Positions 26,604 to 37,000 of a DNA stretch of 61,489 nt are shown piece after piece. Where the stretch lies: positions 1 through 61,489 of the IMG/VR virus record IMGVR_UViG_3300042567_000475. One strand, 5' to 3'. The notes under the pieces are model-generated. The model ran no database searches. It had not been told where the DNA came from and saw only the letters and a list, made by a program, of their open reading frames with translations. The translations under genes were made by a program, and so were the position numbers. The first letter of the stretch is position 1. Each line of letters begins with the position of its first letter. The stretch comes from a virus. Its lineage: Duplodnaviria > Caudoviricetes.

Positions 26604-27257
26604 TTACCAATCCACACTAGTAGATGTAGTGGGATCGTCAAAACCTAAATAAAATGACTCTTGATCGGCGTAAGGAACCTTTCTAATCGCAGATTCCAAT
26701 GGTAGTACTTCGTGGCCCGACCAGTCAAACTCTTCCGTATCTGTTGCTCCTGGAATAAGAATATAGTTTGTCTCTGTTCCTTTTCCATTTCTTTTTAGCT
26801 TCCATACCATATTCGTAATGCCTTCTGATTCCATAGCATATTCACGAACAGTACTAAATGTTGCAGACTTTGCAACACCCATGCTCCATACGGCTACATA
26901 TGGATCTTCCATTCCGTCATCAACTAAAACATTGATGTAGAATCTTAGACGACCAGCCCAGCCAGCCTTGGGGTCTTTACGGTGCATCTCTTCTGCCCAG
27001 TCACGACCTTCTGAATCCATAGTATCTAGAGCCTTACGGCGATAGTCCTTTGGATTTGTGTGCTCTTTGACTACAATGGCTAGGCCATTCTTTTCGTTGT
27101 AGTGCTTAGAGTCTTCATCAAGTTCATTAACAAACCTGATCTTTACGCTCTGACCATCTTCTAGCTTTAGCCAGCGTACTCGTGGTCCTGATGCTGAATT
27201 TCCACGAGGCTTGTCTAGTGCCTCATTAATGTCTTTGAGACCTTTAATTATACTCAC
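26604..27257 (-). CDS. Phage-type (gp32-like) ssDNA-binding protein
   Basis: WLKL.DGQSVKIRF...R.GKGTETNY; acidic tail ending DW; between primase and DnaE. Confidence 0.65.
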   Translation of the reverse strand: MSIIKGLKDINEALDKPRGNSASGPRVRWLKLEDGQSVKIRFVNELDEDSKHYNEKNGLAIVVKEHTNPKDYRRKALDTMDSEGRDWAEEMHRKDPKAGWAGRLRFYINVLVDDGMEDPYVAVWSMGVAKSATFSTVREYAMESEGITNMVWKLKRNGKGTETNYILIPGATDTEEFDWSGHEVLPLESAIRKVPYADQESFYLGFDDPTTSTSVDW

Positions 27258-27282
27258 TTTTATTCTCCTTATATAGTAGTTG

Positions 27283-28233
27283 CTACTGTAAAATGTAGCT
27301 TATTTCATCGTCAAACTCTGAGACAAACTCTGATATTCTTTTATCATCCATGTCAGAAACATCTTTAACATCAGATGGTAGGTTTCCTATCACAAGTGAA
27401 TGACCAAGGGATGACTTCATCTTTTCCTGCATACCCTTGCCAGCCTCATCATTGTCGGATATTAGTATTATACTATTAAAATACTTTTTAAGCAACTCTT
27501 TCTGTCGCTTATTTACAGATGCCCCTAATGTGGCAACCGCATGAGCACCTACCTGCTCAAGTCTTATTGCATCAAATGATGACTCAACTACAAAAACTTT
27601 ATCATATCTCTTAGCTCTTGATATGTTAAACATTGTCTTACTTCTTGGAAGTCCTGGACTATTCTTAAAATCTTTTCCTTCAATTGACCTAGCAACAAAG
27701 CCGACTAGCATTCCATCTGGAGCCTGTATTGGAATGGTTATCATATCTTGCTTTTCAGAGTAGCCAATGAGGTACTTCTCTACGCTTGCCTTCTGTATTC
27801 CCCTACCCTTTAAATATCCTGCAGCCCTTGAAGAAGACAATGCATTTTTGTTTAAAGCACCTATTAGTTCACTGTTGAATTCAATAAACTCATCTTCTTT
27901 GTCAAGTATCTTTGACAGGTCATCAAGGATGTTTGACTCTTGCTGCTTTGAATGTATCATTCTTGCTGCCTCAAAAAAACTTCTTTTTGTTGCAAACATT
28001 ACGAACTCTGTTAGGGATTTAGATTCTTGACAGCCAAAGCAGTAAAACTGACCAGTCTCTTTAGAAACTTCTGCTGCTGGTGTTCTATAATTATTATGGT
28101 AGGGACAGTAAATGATAAAGTCAGTCTCTACTTCATACTCTACATTTACTCCACTGGACAGGAGGACTCTTTTGACTTGCTCTTCTGAGTAGGTCGTAAA
28201 ATCGCTTTGTTTTTGTCTATCCCTGATAAGCAT
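27283..28233 (-). CDS. dnaG: DNA primase
   Basis: CPYH...CFGC zinc finger; YLKGRGI; TOPRIM VESSFDA...DNDEAG...KDV. Confidence 0.92.
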   Translation of the reverse strand: MLIRDRQKQSDFTTYSEEQVKRVLLSSGVNVEYEVETDFIIYCPYHNNYRTPAAEVSKETGQFYCFGCQESKSLTEFVMFATKRSFFEAARMIHSKQQESNILDDLSKILDKEDEFIEFNSELIGALNKNALSSSRAAGYLKGRGIQKASVEKYLIGYSEKQDMITIPIQAPDGMLVGFVARSIEGKDFKNSPGLPRSKTMFNISRAKRYDKVFVVESSFDAIRLEQVGAHAVATLGASVNKRQKELLKKYFNSIILISDNDEAGKGMQEKMKSSLGHSLVIGNLPSDVKDVSDMDDKRISEFVSEFDDEISYILQ

Positions 28234-28469
28234 TGAGCTTTCCTCTTTCCAACGAATACTCCATAAACTGATAGGATGAATTTAAAACTTTTGCCAGTAT
28301 ACTCTACTGAAAAGTCTGGGTCAACATCATATCTAATGACATAACCTTTGTTTTGCATTATAACTTTTAAAAGATCTATGTACTGCTCTTTAATTCTTGG
28401 AATGGTGGCTTCATCATATATCTCTCCGTCTATCTCAAATCTTTTAATATTCTTATGTAGAAACACCAT
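28146..28469 (-). CDS. Conserved hypothetical protein, probably leaderless
   Basis: ATG 6 nt after TATAAT (28476-28481). Confidence 0.7.
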   Translation of the reverse strand: MVFLHKNIKRFEIDGEIYDEATIPRIKEQYIDLLKVIMQNKGYVIRYDVDPDFSVEYTGKSFKFILSVYGVFVGKRKAQCLSGIDKNKAILRPTQKSKSKESSCPVE

Positions 28470-28494
28470 ACACTAATTATACTATTTTAATTTA

Positions 28495-29715
28495 TTAAAG
28501 ATCTTCCATATCCTTGTATAAGAATCTTCCACTATCAAAGTCAATTTGAACTAAAAACTCTCCTAAGTACCCGTGGCGATTCTTTCTAAATACGCACTCA
28601 AGAATATCTGAGGAGGGTTGGCGACCAAGGGCAAGAACCCAGTCAGCATCATATGCTAGTTGCTTAGACCATGCTACTTGACCAAGTGCAGGAACAGTAT
28701 TCATGTTTGTGGCATCATCTGGTGTAGCAGAAGCAATTGCAACAATAGGAACCTGCTCACTAATAGCAAGAATCTTTAACTCACGACTAATGTTTTTAAT
28801 TTTAACAGTTTCGTTATCAGTTGGACTATTTGATTGCATAAGCTGAATGTAGTCTACAAATACAATGTCTGGAGAGTACTGATCAATCTTTCCTCTCAGT
28901 ACTGCTGGACTTACTTCTCCAAGACCATCATTAGAAACAATCTGGAAAGAAGGCATGTTCTTTAGGTATGTACTTCCCCACCGCTCAAACTCTTCAATAT
29001 CAACATCTCCAGCACTCATCTTTCGATGAGAGAACCTTCCATCTGCCATGATAGTGTAGACACGATTACGAACTTCGCTCTCCGTCATTTCTAGAGAAAC
29101 TACAAGTGGCTTCTTTCCGTTCTTCCATGCCTGAACAGCCATGAACAATGCTAACCAAGACTTACCAATTGCTGGGTATGCAAGAAGAATACCAAACTGA
29201 CCTGGCATAATCCCTGCTGGAAGATAGTTGTCAAAGCCAGCAAGACCTGTCTTGATTCCATGAGACCCTAGCCTTGCCATTTCCTCTATGTGCTTAAAGT
29301 ATTCAATAGCACCTTCAAGATCAACTGCATCAATGTCACGAATTTCAGCAGTAGTTCTTTTTAGCTCTGATGTTTTTGATATAAGTTTATCCAGAGCATC
29401 CACTGGCTTGTTATCATTAAGCAATGCTGCACTAGACTTAAGAATATCTTTAAGAGAGAAATCAAGAACACTTGACCTTAACTCATCAAGGTGATGCTTA
29501 GTTGCCCCCACCTCTGCAATAGGCTCAAAGTCTCTAAACTTTTCTACTACCAAAGACACTGGTGGCAGCGTGGTGTTTTGTTCAGCATAGTCACGAACAA
29601 AGTGCCAGATATCTTTATGCGTTCTAAACAAAGAGTCTGGGTTTGCTTGTAACAGAACATGAATCTGCTTGTCATTAAGTACAGCAGACAGTACCTTTGC
29701 CTCTAAGTCTTGCAT
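28495..29715 (-). CDS. dnaB: DnaB-like replicative helicase
   Basis: Walker A AYPAIGKS, SLEM, FVDYIQLM, ISRELK, DAD, KNRHG. Confidence 0.93.
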   Translation of the reverse strand: MQDLEAKVLSAVLNDKQIHVLLQANPDSLFRTHKDIWHFVRDYAEQNTTLPPVSLVVEKFRDFEPIAEVGATKHHLDELRSSVLDFSLKDILKSSAALLNDNKPVDALDKLISKTSELKRTTAEIRDIDAVDLEGAIEYFKHIEEMARLGSHGIKTGLAGFDNYLPAGIMPGQFGILLAYPAIGKSWLALFMAVQAWKNGKKPLVVSLEMTESEVRNRVYTIMADGRFSHRKMSAGDVDIEEFERWGSTYLKNMPSFQIVSNDGLGEVSPAVLRGKIDQYSPDIVFVDYIQLMQSNSPTDNETVKIKNISRELKILAISEQVPIVAIASATPDDATNMNTVPALGQVAWSKQLAYDADWVLALGRQPSSDILECVFRKNRHGYLGEFLVQIDFDSGRFLYKDMEDL

Positions 29716-30020
29716 CAACCCTCCAACCATTTTTTTGCGCCAGCCCTAAGCTTTTTACGCAATTCCCGATCTTCACTGTCTTGTCGTCTAGATTGTATTA
29801 CTTTTTCAGAGTTATAAGAAAACCATGTCCAATCTGGACTTGCAGATACAGAAAAATAATACTCTATTGCTTCTACGCATTGATCATATCCATATGAATC
29901 GATCATTGCATCGGCAGCCCATTGCTGAGAAAAAAGATTAATATCTTGATTCTTGCCTGACTCCTGAAGCTTTTTCTTGAACTTATCCATAAGTGCAAAA
30001 CGCAGCTTCTTGTCAGCCAT
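29715..30020 (-). CDS. Hypothetical protein (helicase-adjacent)
   Basis: 101 aa, coupled to dnaB. Confidence 0.7.
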   Translation of the reverse strand: MADKKLRFALMDKFKKKLQESGKNQDINLFSQQWAADAMIDSYGYDQCVEAIEYYFSVSASPDWTWFSYNSEKVIQSRRQDSEDRELRKKLRAGAKKWLEG

Positions 30021-30226
30021 TATGACTCGTCAAGTTCCTTCTTGGCATCAGATACTTTCTGAATGACCTGAGCCTCAACAAAATTATATACCCTGTCCAT
30101 GGCTGCTTCTTTTTCTTCACCTTCACGAACAAAGTCTGTACATCCAAGATCTACACGCAAACTCTGAAAGTTTCCAAGGTTTAGTGTGTACCCAAGGTTA
30201 ACCGTAACGCTTGTGTTATTTGACAT
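30020..30226 (-). CDS. Conserved small phage protein
   Basis: V.LGYTLNLGNFQSLRVD; AGGAG before ATG 30226. Confidence 0.7.
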   Translation of the reverse strand: MSNNTSVTVNLGYTLNLGNFQSLRVDLGCTDFVREGEEKEAAMDRVYNFVEAQVIQKVSDAKKELDES

Positions 30227-30234
30227 ATTTACTC

Positions 30235-30774
30235 CTAATAGGTATCTTCCTGCCATACAGGAATGAATCGACCATCTTTTGTTTTTGCATAAAGCATTAG
30301 TGCATCACCCATCTTACCACGCAGCTCTTGCTCTGTCAATACATGATTGTTTGTTATCTTTCCATCTTTTCTTGGTCTTCCTCTATGCAAGGAACCCATG
30401 ACTCTTCTAATTTCAAAAACATCATCTTCTGAATAGTAAGATTTTTTTGTAAACATTCTCTCACCACCAGGAAGGATGCCCATAGGGGGTCTAATAAGAC
30501 CTCTATGTATATATCTGTACAATTGCATGTTACTTCTATTTAAAAGCCTTGAGGTGTTTGAAAATGTATAAGCTCTTTTCCGATGTTTCTTAAAATCAGA
30601 AAGCAACATTGTCTGCTCTTTTGCTTCGGTTATATTATATAGATAGACGATGTTTGATCCACGGTTTGATGTTATCAGACGCATTAGGTTTTTGTCAAGA
30701 AAAAATATAACTGCGCTAGCTTTTATGACCCGTTGATTATTATCGTCCTGGCCTTCTCTGCCTTTTCTAACCAT
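30235..30774 (-). CDS. MerR-like HTH protein with AT-hook
   Basis: YT...LLNRS...RY...GLI..P...YYSEDD; RGRPRK. Confidence 0.65.
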   Translation of the reverse strand: MVRKGREGQDDNNQRVIKASAVIFFLDKNLMRLITSNRGSNIVYLYNITEAKEQTMLLSDFKKHRKRAYTFSNTSRLLNRSNMQLYRYIHRGLIRPPMGILPGGERMFTKKSYYSEDDVFEIRRVMGSLHRGRPRKDGKITNNHVLTEQELRGKMGDALMLYAKTKDGRFIPVWQEDTY

Positions 30775-30923
30775 TGAATTGAATTCCCAAACTTAGATGG
30801 TGGATGGAACATCTTTCTAAATCCACAATTTATACAAAAAATTTCTAGATGGTCGTGTGAGCTATGAACCCGATCAACAAAAACTTTTCCCCTGCATTTT
30901 TTACAACTTAAAGAATTACTCAT
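30723..30923 (-). CDS. Zinc-ribbon protein
   Basis: CKKCRGKVFVDR...FCINCG. Confidence 0.75.
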   Translation of the reverse strand: MSNSLSCKKCRGKVFVDRVHSSHDHLEIFCINCGFRKMFHPPSKFGNSIQWLEKAEKARTIIINGS

Positions 30924-30931
30924 TTAGAGAA

Positions 30932-30940
30932 ATTATATCA
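30932..30940 (-). promoter_or_regulatory. Extended -10 element TGATATAAT heading the replication block
   Basis: Identical 9-mer also at 31392, 49955 and 53599. Confidence 0.65.
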
Positions 30941-30946
30941 CAGGGA

Positions 30947-31375
30947 TTACAATATGGAGAATCCAACAGCGATAAGATTAACAAAGATATCTAAGCTACC
31001 ACCCGTATTGAAAGTTACCCTAAAAGTACAACTTGATGTTGAGATGTTTTTTAATACAACAACTGCGTCATCTCCAACGCTAGAGGAGGCTCCAGAAACA
31101 ATTGTAGCTGTTACGACTGGGTTGCCACTAAAAGGAGGGTATGAGACTGTGTAGTCTACAACGTCCCCATCTGTCTTGTTTGTACTAGAAAAAACATTGA
31201 CAGTCTTAGCAAAAATTTTTATATCTGCTGTTTTTGTGTTTAGGTCATTGACAGTAGAAAAGGCTGAACTTCTATCCCCTACTAAAGTAGTAAGCTGATT
31301 AACTTGTCCAGCTATCTGAGATATATAATCTACATCTAATGGCTGACCTCTATTTGGTGTTGCTAATATTCCCAC
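30947..31375 (-). CDS. Small tail-associated beta-rich protein (H-type lectin-like C-terminus)
   Basis: F...PVVTAT...NISTSSCTF...IAVG; end of tail operon. Confidence 0.55.
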   Translation of the reverse strand: MGILATPNRGQPLDVDYISQIAGQVNQLTTLVGDRSSAFSTVNDLNTKTADIKIFAKTVNVFSSTNKTDGDVVDYTVSYPPFSGNPVVTATIVSGASSSVGDDAVVVLKNISTSSCTFRVTFNTGGSLDIFVNLIAVGFSIL

Positions 31376-31397
31376 AAAATCTCCTCGTTAAATTATA

Positions 31398-32177
31398 TCA
31401 TGGAACAAAAACAATGTTGTCAGTAGCAAACAAAACAGATCCACTTACCTTTTCTACAACATTTGGATACCCGCCAATTTCTGGAGGTTTTATAAAATTA
31501 ATATTTGATCCAGGGGTATAAACGCTAAAATTAGAAGAACTATCTATTCTTGATACCTTTTTTATTCCTGAAAATAAAGAGTAGTCAATTTCTGATCCGT
31601 AAGTAATTTGATTGTTAAAACTTATATTAACATAATCTCCAACAGATAGGGAGTGTGATCTTGCTAAAAAGTATTGGAGGTAGTTGCTAGTTCTGCTTAC
31701 GCCATCTATATTAATTGGTGTATTTGAAACAATAGGGTACTCTGGAAGTTTTACCATTAATTGCAATCCATAATAGGAGAGGCTATTAAATGACACAAGA
31801 TCCATAGGTTTTTTTGCTATGGTTAAAGAGTTAGTGCTTTTTCTTCCTAGATATTGAATTGCATCATAAGAATATAATGTTGCAAAAGTTCCTTCTGTTA
31901 TAGTTTTTAAAATATATCTAACATAAACATCAAAGTTTTGATTGATGTCGGAACTATACCAAAAGGCATCTACCCTATTATTTCCTTCTGAATAAGCATT
32001 ATAAGATGCTGAAGCAGAAGAAAAGTTTATCTGCTCTAGTGCTCTCTTAACCTCACCAATTACTGACCAATCAGAGTATAAGTTTTTATTTCTATTTAAA
32101 ACCCTATATCTTAGTTTGTTGGTTAAGTCTGTAGAAAGGTCTGGTAAATCAGATTTTGCAATAACAACCTTTGGCAT
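31398..32177 (-). CDS. Minor tail protein
   Basis: LRYRV...N.YSDWS; beta-rich; H.LSVGDYV.I domain. Confidence 0.6.
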   Translation of the reverse strand: MPKVVIAKSDLPDLSTDLTNKLRYRVLNRNKNLYSDWSVIGEVKRALEQINFSSASASYNAYSEGNNRVDAFWYSSDINQNFDVYVRYILKTITEGTFATLYSYDAIQYLGRKSTNSLTIAKKPMDLVSFNSLSYYGLQLMVKLPEYPIVSNTPINIDGVSRTSNYLQYFLARSHSLSVGDYVNISFNNQITYGSEIDYSLFSGIKKVSRIDSSSNFSVYTPGSNINFIKPPEIGGYPNVVEKVSGSVLFATDNIVFVP

Positions 32178-33580
32178 TAGACAATGTTCACCCCGAACCT
32201 ATATTCTATATACCCCTGAGAGTTTTCTGTTTTCTCAATTGGTTGAGCAGCGTCATAAGAATTTTTTAATTTTGAATAAGCAACCATGCCATACAGTGGA
32301 TTCTCTGTGTTTTCATTGTCTAATCTTATTCCATCAAAAGCTACATAAGATCCGTCGTAGTTGGAAGCACTGTTTAGTGTCTGAGCATAAATTTTTAATC
32401 CGTCAACACGAGCCCAACTAAAATCTGCTCCTGTACTAAAGTCTTTAATTTGTTTTGAAATAACAACATATCTTGATGCAGATAGTTCACCAGAGGTTAG
32501 GAGCTCTGTTGCTGTTGCAATCTGACCACTTATACTGTCAAGGAAATCAAATCTTAATCTAGTTTTTGCAGGAGGACTTTCTGCATCTATATTTTTAGAT
32601 AATACGCTTAGCGCAAACTTTATATAATCCTCTGGAGAGTTTTTGCTAGCATTCAATCTTAATGACGTAGTAAAAATATGTTTTTGTACACTAGAGAACT
32701 CCATGGAGTCGTTGGAAAAAGTTGTCATATTTCCTGGAACAACTAGGCATCTATCATAAAGTCTGGAGTTTTCATATCTAGTTTTTCTTTCATAAAAAGT
32801 AAAAGCTTCATTGTTAGAATTAATGAATAATGCATAAGCAGCAGAACCCGTTACTGGATCTAGGAATGTTGCAGAGCTAACGTTTCCAGATGTATCTGCA
32901 ATGCTATCTGTTACAAGACTTATTGCGTTATCACTTTCTACTAATGATGCAGAAATATTTTTATAAACCCAACCTTCTGTTGTTAAGAAACCAGAAATAA
33001 TTCTGCTATCGTAGTTAAGGGCTAAGCTATTGTTTGAGGATGGATATAGGGCAATCTCAGTCATTTGATATCTTTGGTCTGATGGTAGTTGACCTTTAAA
33101 AACAATTCTTTCTCTATCGTATGATGCTGTTCCTGTGTCAGAAGCACTAGCACTCCAGCTTGCTGGGGTAGCCGATGCAGAAGTAAATGTTTGAGAATAG
33201 GTTATTTGATTTGATGTTGTAGTATCAACTACATAAATGCCTTCTTTAATATCATTTGAAGTATTGGAGAGGCTAAAATCTATGGTTACTGAATCCCCCA
33301 ACTTCATACCGTGGGGTCCAGCTAAATCAACTGTAACTACGCCATTGGTTTGTTGCCAGGAATCTATGTCAATAACAATGTTGTCACTAACTAGTCCACG
33401 AGAAGTCACTGGAATCCTAAAAGCCTCAAAATCCATTGATTGTTTTGTAGTGGATGACTGATCTGTCTCATCTAAATCTAAGGGAGTGGCTCCAACTCCT
33501 ACTGAAATATAAGCTGCATACTCAGGAGATTGCCCCAAAAGATATTTAGTTATGATATTGTTTCCCTTATTAGTAATCAT
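32177..33580 (-). CDS. Minor tail / baseplate protein
   Basis: MITNKG...YISVGVG...FE.FR start; HG...GDSV domain; tail-operon position. Confidence 0.65.
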   Translation of the reverse strand: MITNKGNNIITKYLLGQSPEYAAYISVGVGATPLDLDETDQSSTTKQSMDFEAFRIPVTSRGLVSDNIVIDIDSWQQTNGVVTVDLAGPHGMKLGDSVTIDFSLSNTSNDIKEGIYVVDTTTSNQITYSQTFTSASATPASWSASASDTGTASYDRERIVFKGQLPSDQRYQMTEIALYPSSNNSLALNYDSRIISGFLTTEGWVYKNISASLVESDNAISLVTDSIADTSGNVSSATFLDPVTGSAAYALFINSNNEAFTFYERKTRYENSRLYDRCLVVPGNMTTFSNDSMEFSSVQKHIFTTSLRLNASKNSPEDYIKFALSVLSKNIDAESPPAKTRLRFDFLDSISGQIATATELLTSGELSASRYVVISKQIKDFSTGADFSWARVDGLKIYAQTLNSASNYDGSYVAFDGIRLDNENTENPLYGMVAYSKLKNSYDAAQPIEKTENSQGYIEYRFGVNIV

Positions 33581-34031
33581 TTTCCCTCACACTATTAATT
33601 TTACCATCTGTTTCAATTTGTAGTTCAACAAATTCTGTTTCTTTTATATTTTCAAATTCAATTACAAGATTGTCTCCATCAAAATAAACGTTTGTCAAAA
33701 GGTTGCTTGGTGGAAGCAACTCATTACTTGAATAGAATTTATCTTGGGGTATTTTACTAACTAATTTAATTGAAAACTGATCAAAAATAGATTTGTAAGA
33801 TGCTTTGTTTATAAGTATAAATGATGGGTCAAAGTCAATTGCTATCTTTTTTAAATTTATTATTGTAGAATATGACAGGTTTATTCCAGAAATAGTGTCG
33901 TGCCTAACTAGGTTTATTAAACTTGTTCCTCCAATATCTTGAAAAAGAAATTGTTCTATTTCTGCTACGCTCACAGATTGAGAGCTTATGTTTACAATAT
34001 CTCTTGATGGAATCTTTATTGCATCTGTCAT
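33570..34031 (-). CDS. Minor tail protein
   Basis: Tail-operon position, LFQDIGG. Confidence 0.55.
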   Translation of the reverse strand: MTDAIKIPSRDIVNISSQSVSVAEIEQFLFQDIGGTSLINLVRHDTISGINLSYSTIINLKKIAIDFDPSFILINKASYKSIFDQFSIKLVSKIPQDKFYSSNELLPPSNLLTNVYFDGDNLVIEFENIKETEFVELQIETDGKINSVRENDY

Positions 34032-37000
34032 ATTATTTCAACCACCTTAATTGATTGGCCTGGGCCGTCCAAGGATCTTGAATATGATATATCCTGAACG
34101 ACAAACCTAGTCTCTGGATCAACATATTCTATTTCACCTGGCATCATATAGTCTATTGTAACAATGTCTCCAAGTTGCAAATGGGGCATTGGAAAGGTAT
34201 TGATAACTATTTCTCTTCTGGGTTCCATAGTCTTCTCTATTAACCATCCCATTAAACTATTTGCATCATCTTCTGATTGAATATACATAGACTCTAAGCT
34301 AAACTCTTTTAGCCCGTATCTAGATCTGCTTGCTTTAATTTTATTATATTTTTGCAGACTAATGTTGGGAGAAGTAATTTCGTTACCTTGGTAAGAGGGG
34401 TCTGAATAATTAGAAAGTTTGTTAAAGTATTTATCTACAGATAAAACTTGTGTTGTATTCTGAGTAAAAGTTATCCCCAAGATCCTTAAATAATTTCCCG
34501 TAGTTTCGTCTAAGACAATTGCCTTGTCTGATGAATTAAATATTAAAAATTCTGATTCATACGCCCCTCCGTAAAATTTAGAAACTGTGTAGCCTCTATC
34601 GTTAGAAAATGTTTTAGCAATTTTTGAATAAAAAGAAGGGTAGGCTAGGTCATATTTAATGTTAAAATGGGCACACTCCCTCATGATTGTTCCAAACTCT
34701 TCAAAGTAAACTTTGTATTGAGTATTTGTATCTGGACTAATGCCTGTTAGGTATGTCGATTGAACCATTCCAGATATTGCGTATTTTCTAAGAAACTCAC
34801 TGGTAGATATCCCATTCTCATCAAAGACATTATTGGTTTGAGATATTTGACTATTTGTATTTTTAGCAACAAGGTCATCTAGTGCATACATGTTTTCAAA
34901 CATACAATGAGAGCTTCCTCTAACGAATAGAGCCATGGATGTGTTGATCGGTAATGGGCTTGTGTCATTAACTATTTGAATAAGTATGTTGTTTATGTAT
35001 AAATAAAATCTTATTCCTCCCCCACTTAAAGATTCATATTCAATTGATAAGTCATAAACTGTAGACTCTTCAGTAGTAGCGATTCTGTCTTGACCAACAA
35101 AAAATCCAGAGTCAACAAGGATGTTTGACAACCCTCCCCAAAGTTTTATAGGGGTAGCTGGAGAATTAGCGGTGTCTCCAACTTTCACATTTTTATTTAC
35201 TTTGTAAAATATTATATTATGCAGTGTTGAATTTATTTCTTCAGAATCATCTGCCAGAATATAGCTATCTATGTTTGTTTCATTTAGTGATGCAATCTCA
35301 AAATAATACCCGCTACCATTAGTTGGGTCTACCATAATACCCATTCCTCCAGAACTTGCATTTACACCAAATGAGCTTGGATTGCTTGGTGATTGCAAAG
35401 AAAAATAGTTACTTGATCCATTTGAGATTTGTCCAGAGTTTCTATTGACTTTTCCAATGATCCTCATCCTGGTTCCAAAACTTCTAAAAGAAAAATTAGT
35501 AGAGAGGTCCTTGTAAACATAAGAGACAAGATCTCTTGGGCTGGGAACAACTGGGTCTGATGCTGGACCAGTAATGACAAGTGCAGAAGATTGAACTGCC
35601 CCAGAGTCTGTTACTAAAAGATTATTTACTTCACCCTCAGCAAAAACTTTTGAAGACATGAAGTTTTTTATTATTCCATTTCTTTTAGACTTTCTAGCAA
35701 CAGTATTTATTTCTGCTAGCTCAACTCTCTGTGTAGTGCTTATCACTGGATTAACTATGCTTGCCGTAGGCTTGTTAGAAAAAATAAGATCTGAATACAT
35801 TTTTAAACCGTAGGTATTATCGTTGTCTGACCAATAGGGGTTAAGACCTGCGGAATGAAAAGTTATTTCTGTTCCAAATTGATTTCTTCCATGAACCCTT
35901 ACATCTCCATTTTTTAATATTGCAGACTCATTTACATTTTCATAGTATGGCTCAGAGTATATTCTTACCCTACCCGTTGGAAACATCTTTCCATTAAAGG
36001 CTAGGCTGCCAAAGTACTTCTGATACTCTTGGTTGCTTGATATCCAAACTACTGGTTCAGCGGAAGATGGGACAGAGTATTCAACGGCATCAAATCTAAT
36101 AATTTCTCCATTGGCGTATAAGTAACCTTGAAATCTTGGAAGCCAGTAAACGCTTTCTCCAAAATCAATAATGTTGTTAACCACTTGACGATTTGCAACA
36201 TAAGGAGCACTTGCACTAATGGGGTTGTTTAATGCCATGGCTCCCAGGGCGTAGCCACTTGAGACCTTGTTAGCTTCGTTAATAGTCTTGGTTTCATCAG
36301 TTGCTGCAACCTCCCACAAAAGAACTGGCTTATACTTATAAACTCTTTCGGAATCTAGTTTTAGCATTGAAGATAGGCTAGAAACTTCTCTTTGAATATA
36401 TCTGATGGTGTACATGATTTGTCCACTATTGATAATTCTTGTTTGATTATCTGAGATGGATTCAATGTTTGCAATCGTGTCATCGTTACCTAAAAGAATC
36501 ATGTCGGTTTCTCTATCGGTAGCATCTGGGAATAGAAACTCTTTTGACATAACGATAAAATTATTGTATTCATCAAAGAACATTGCAGTTTGTGTAGCAA
36601 CAGCCAGTCTTTGTAAGATCTCTGCAACGCTTACATTTGGTTCTACAAAAAAGAACGGAAGAATCGGGTCGTTTGCTGATGTAATATTTCTAAAAGAGTA
36701 ATTACTAAATCCTATATAATCTAGCATTGTAGATATGGCATAAGTTAGAGTAGTTTCTTGGGTAAGAACACTTGGAGCATTTGTTGTTTCTAATCTAAAA
36801 AATAAATCTCTTAGGGGAATAGATATTGTTGAGTCTCCCCCAGATGGTCTTGGAAATTCTTCTGCATAAAAAGTTTTAATGGGAACATATTTATCATACC
36901 CGTTTACATTTAAAATTGTTTCGTATATAACAAACTTGGTATTTTGTCTTGCGTATTCAGATACAATACTTCCCGTCAAACCATTAAAGATATTAGCTTC

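Noticed and set aside
26600-26641. ORF-track N-terminal extension of DnaE
   Set aside because: Overlaps the SSB gene end; the PHP motif starts right after TTG 26599
23327-29715. Inteins or introns in DnaE and DnaB (also RecA, TerL, NrdJ)
   Set aside because: Lengths are normal and no splice-junction or LAGLIDADG motifs were seen
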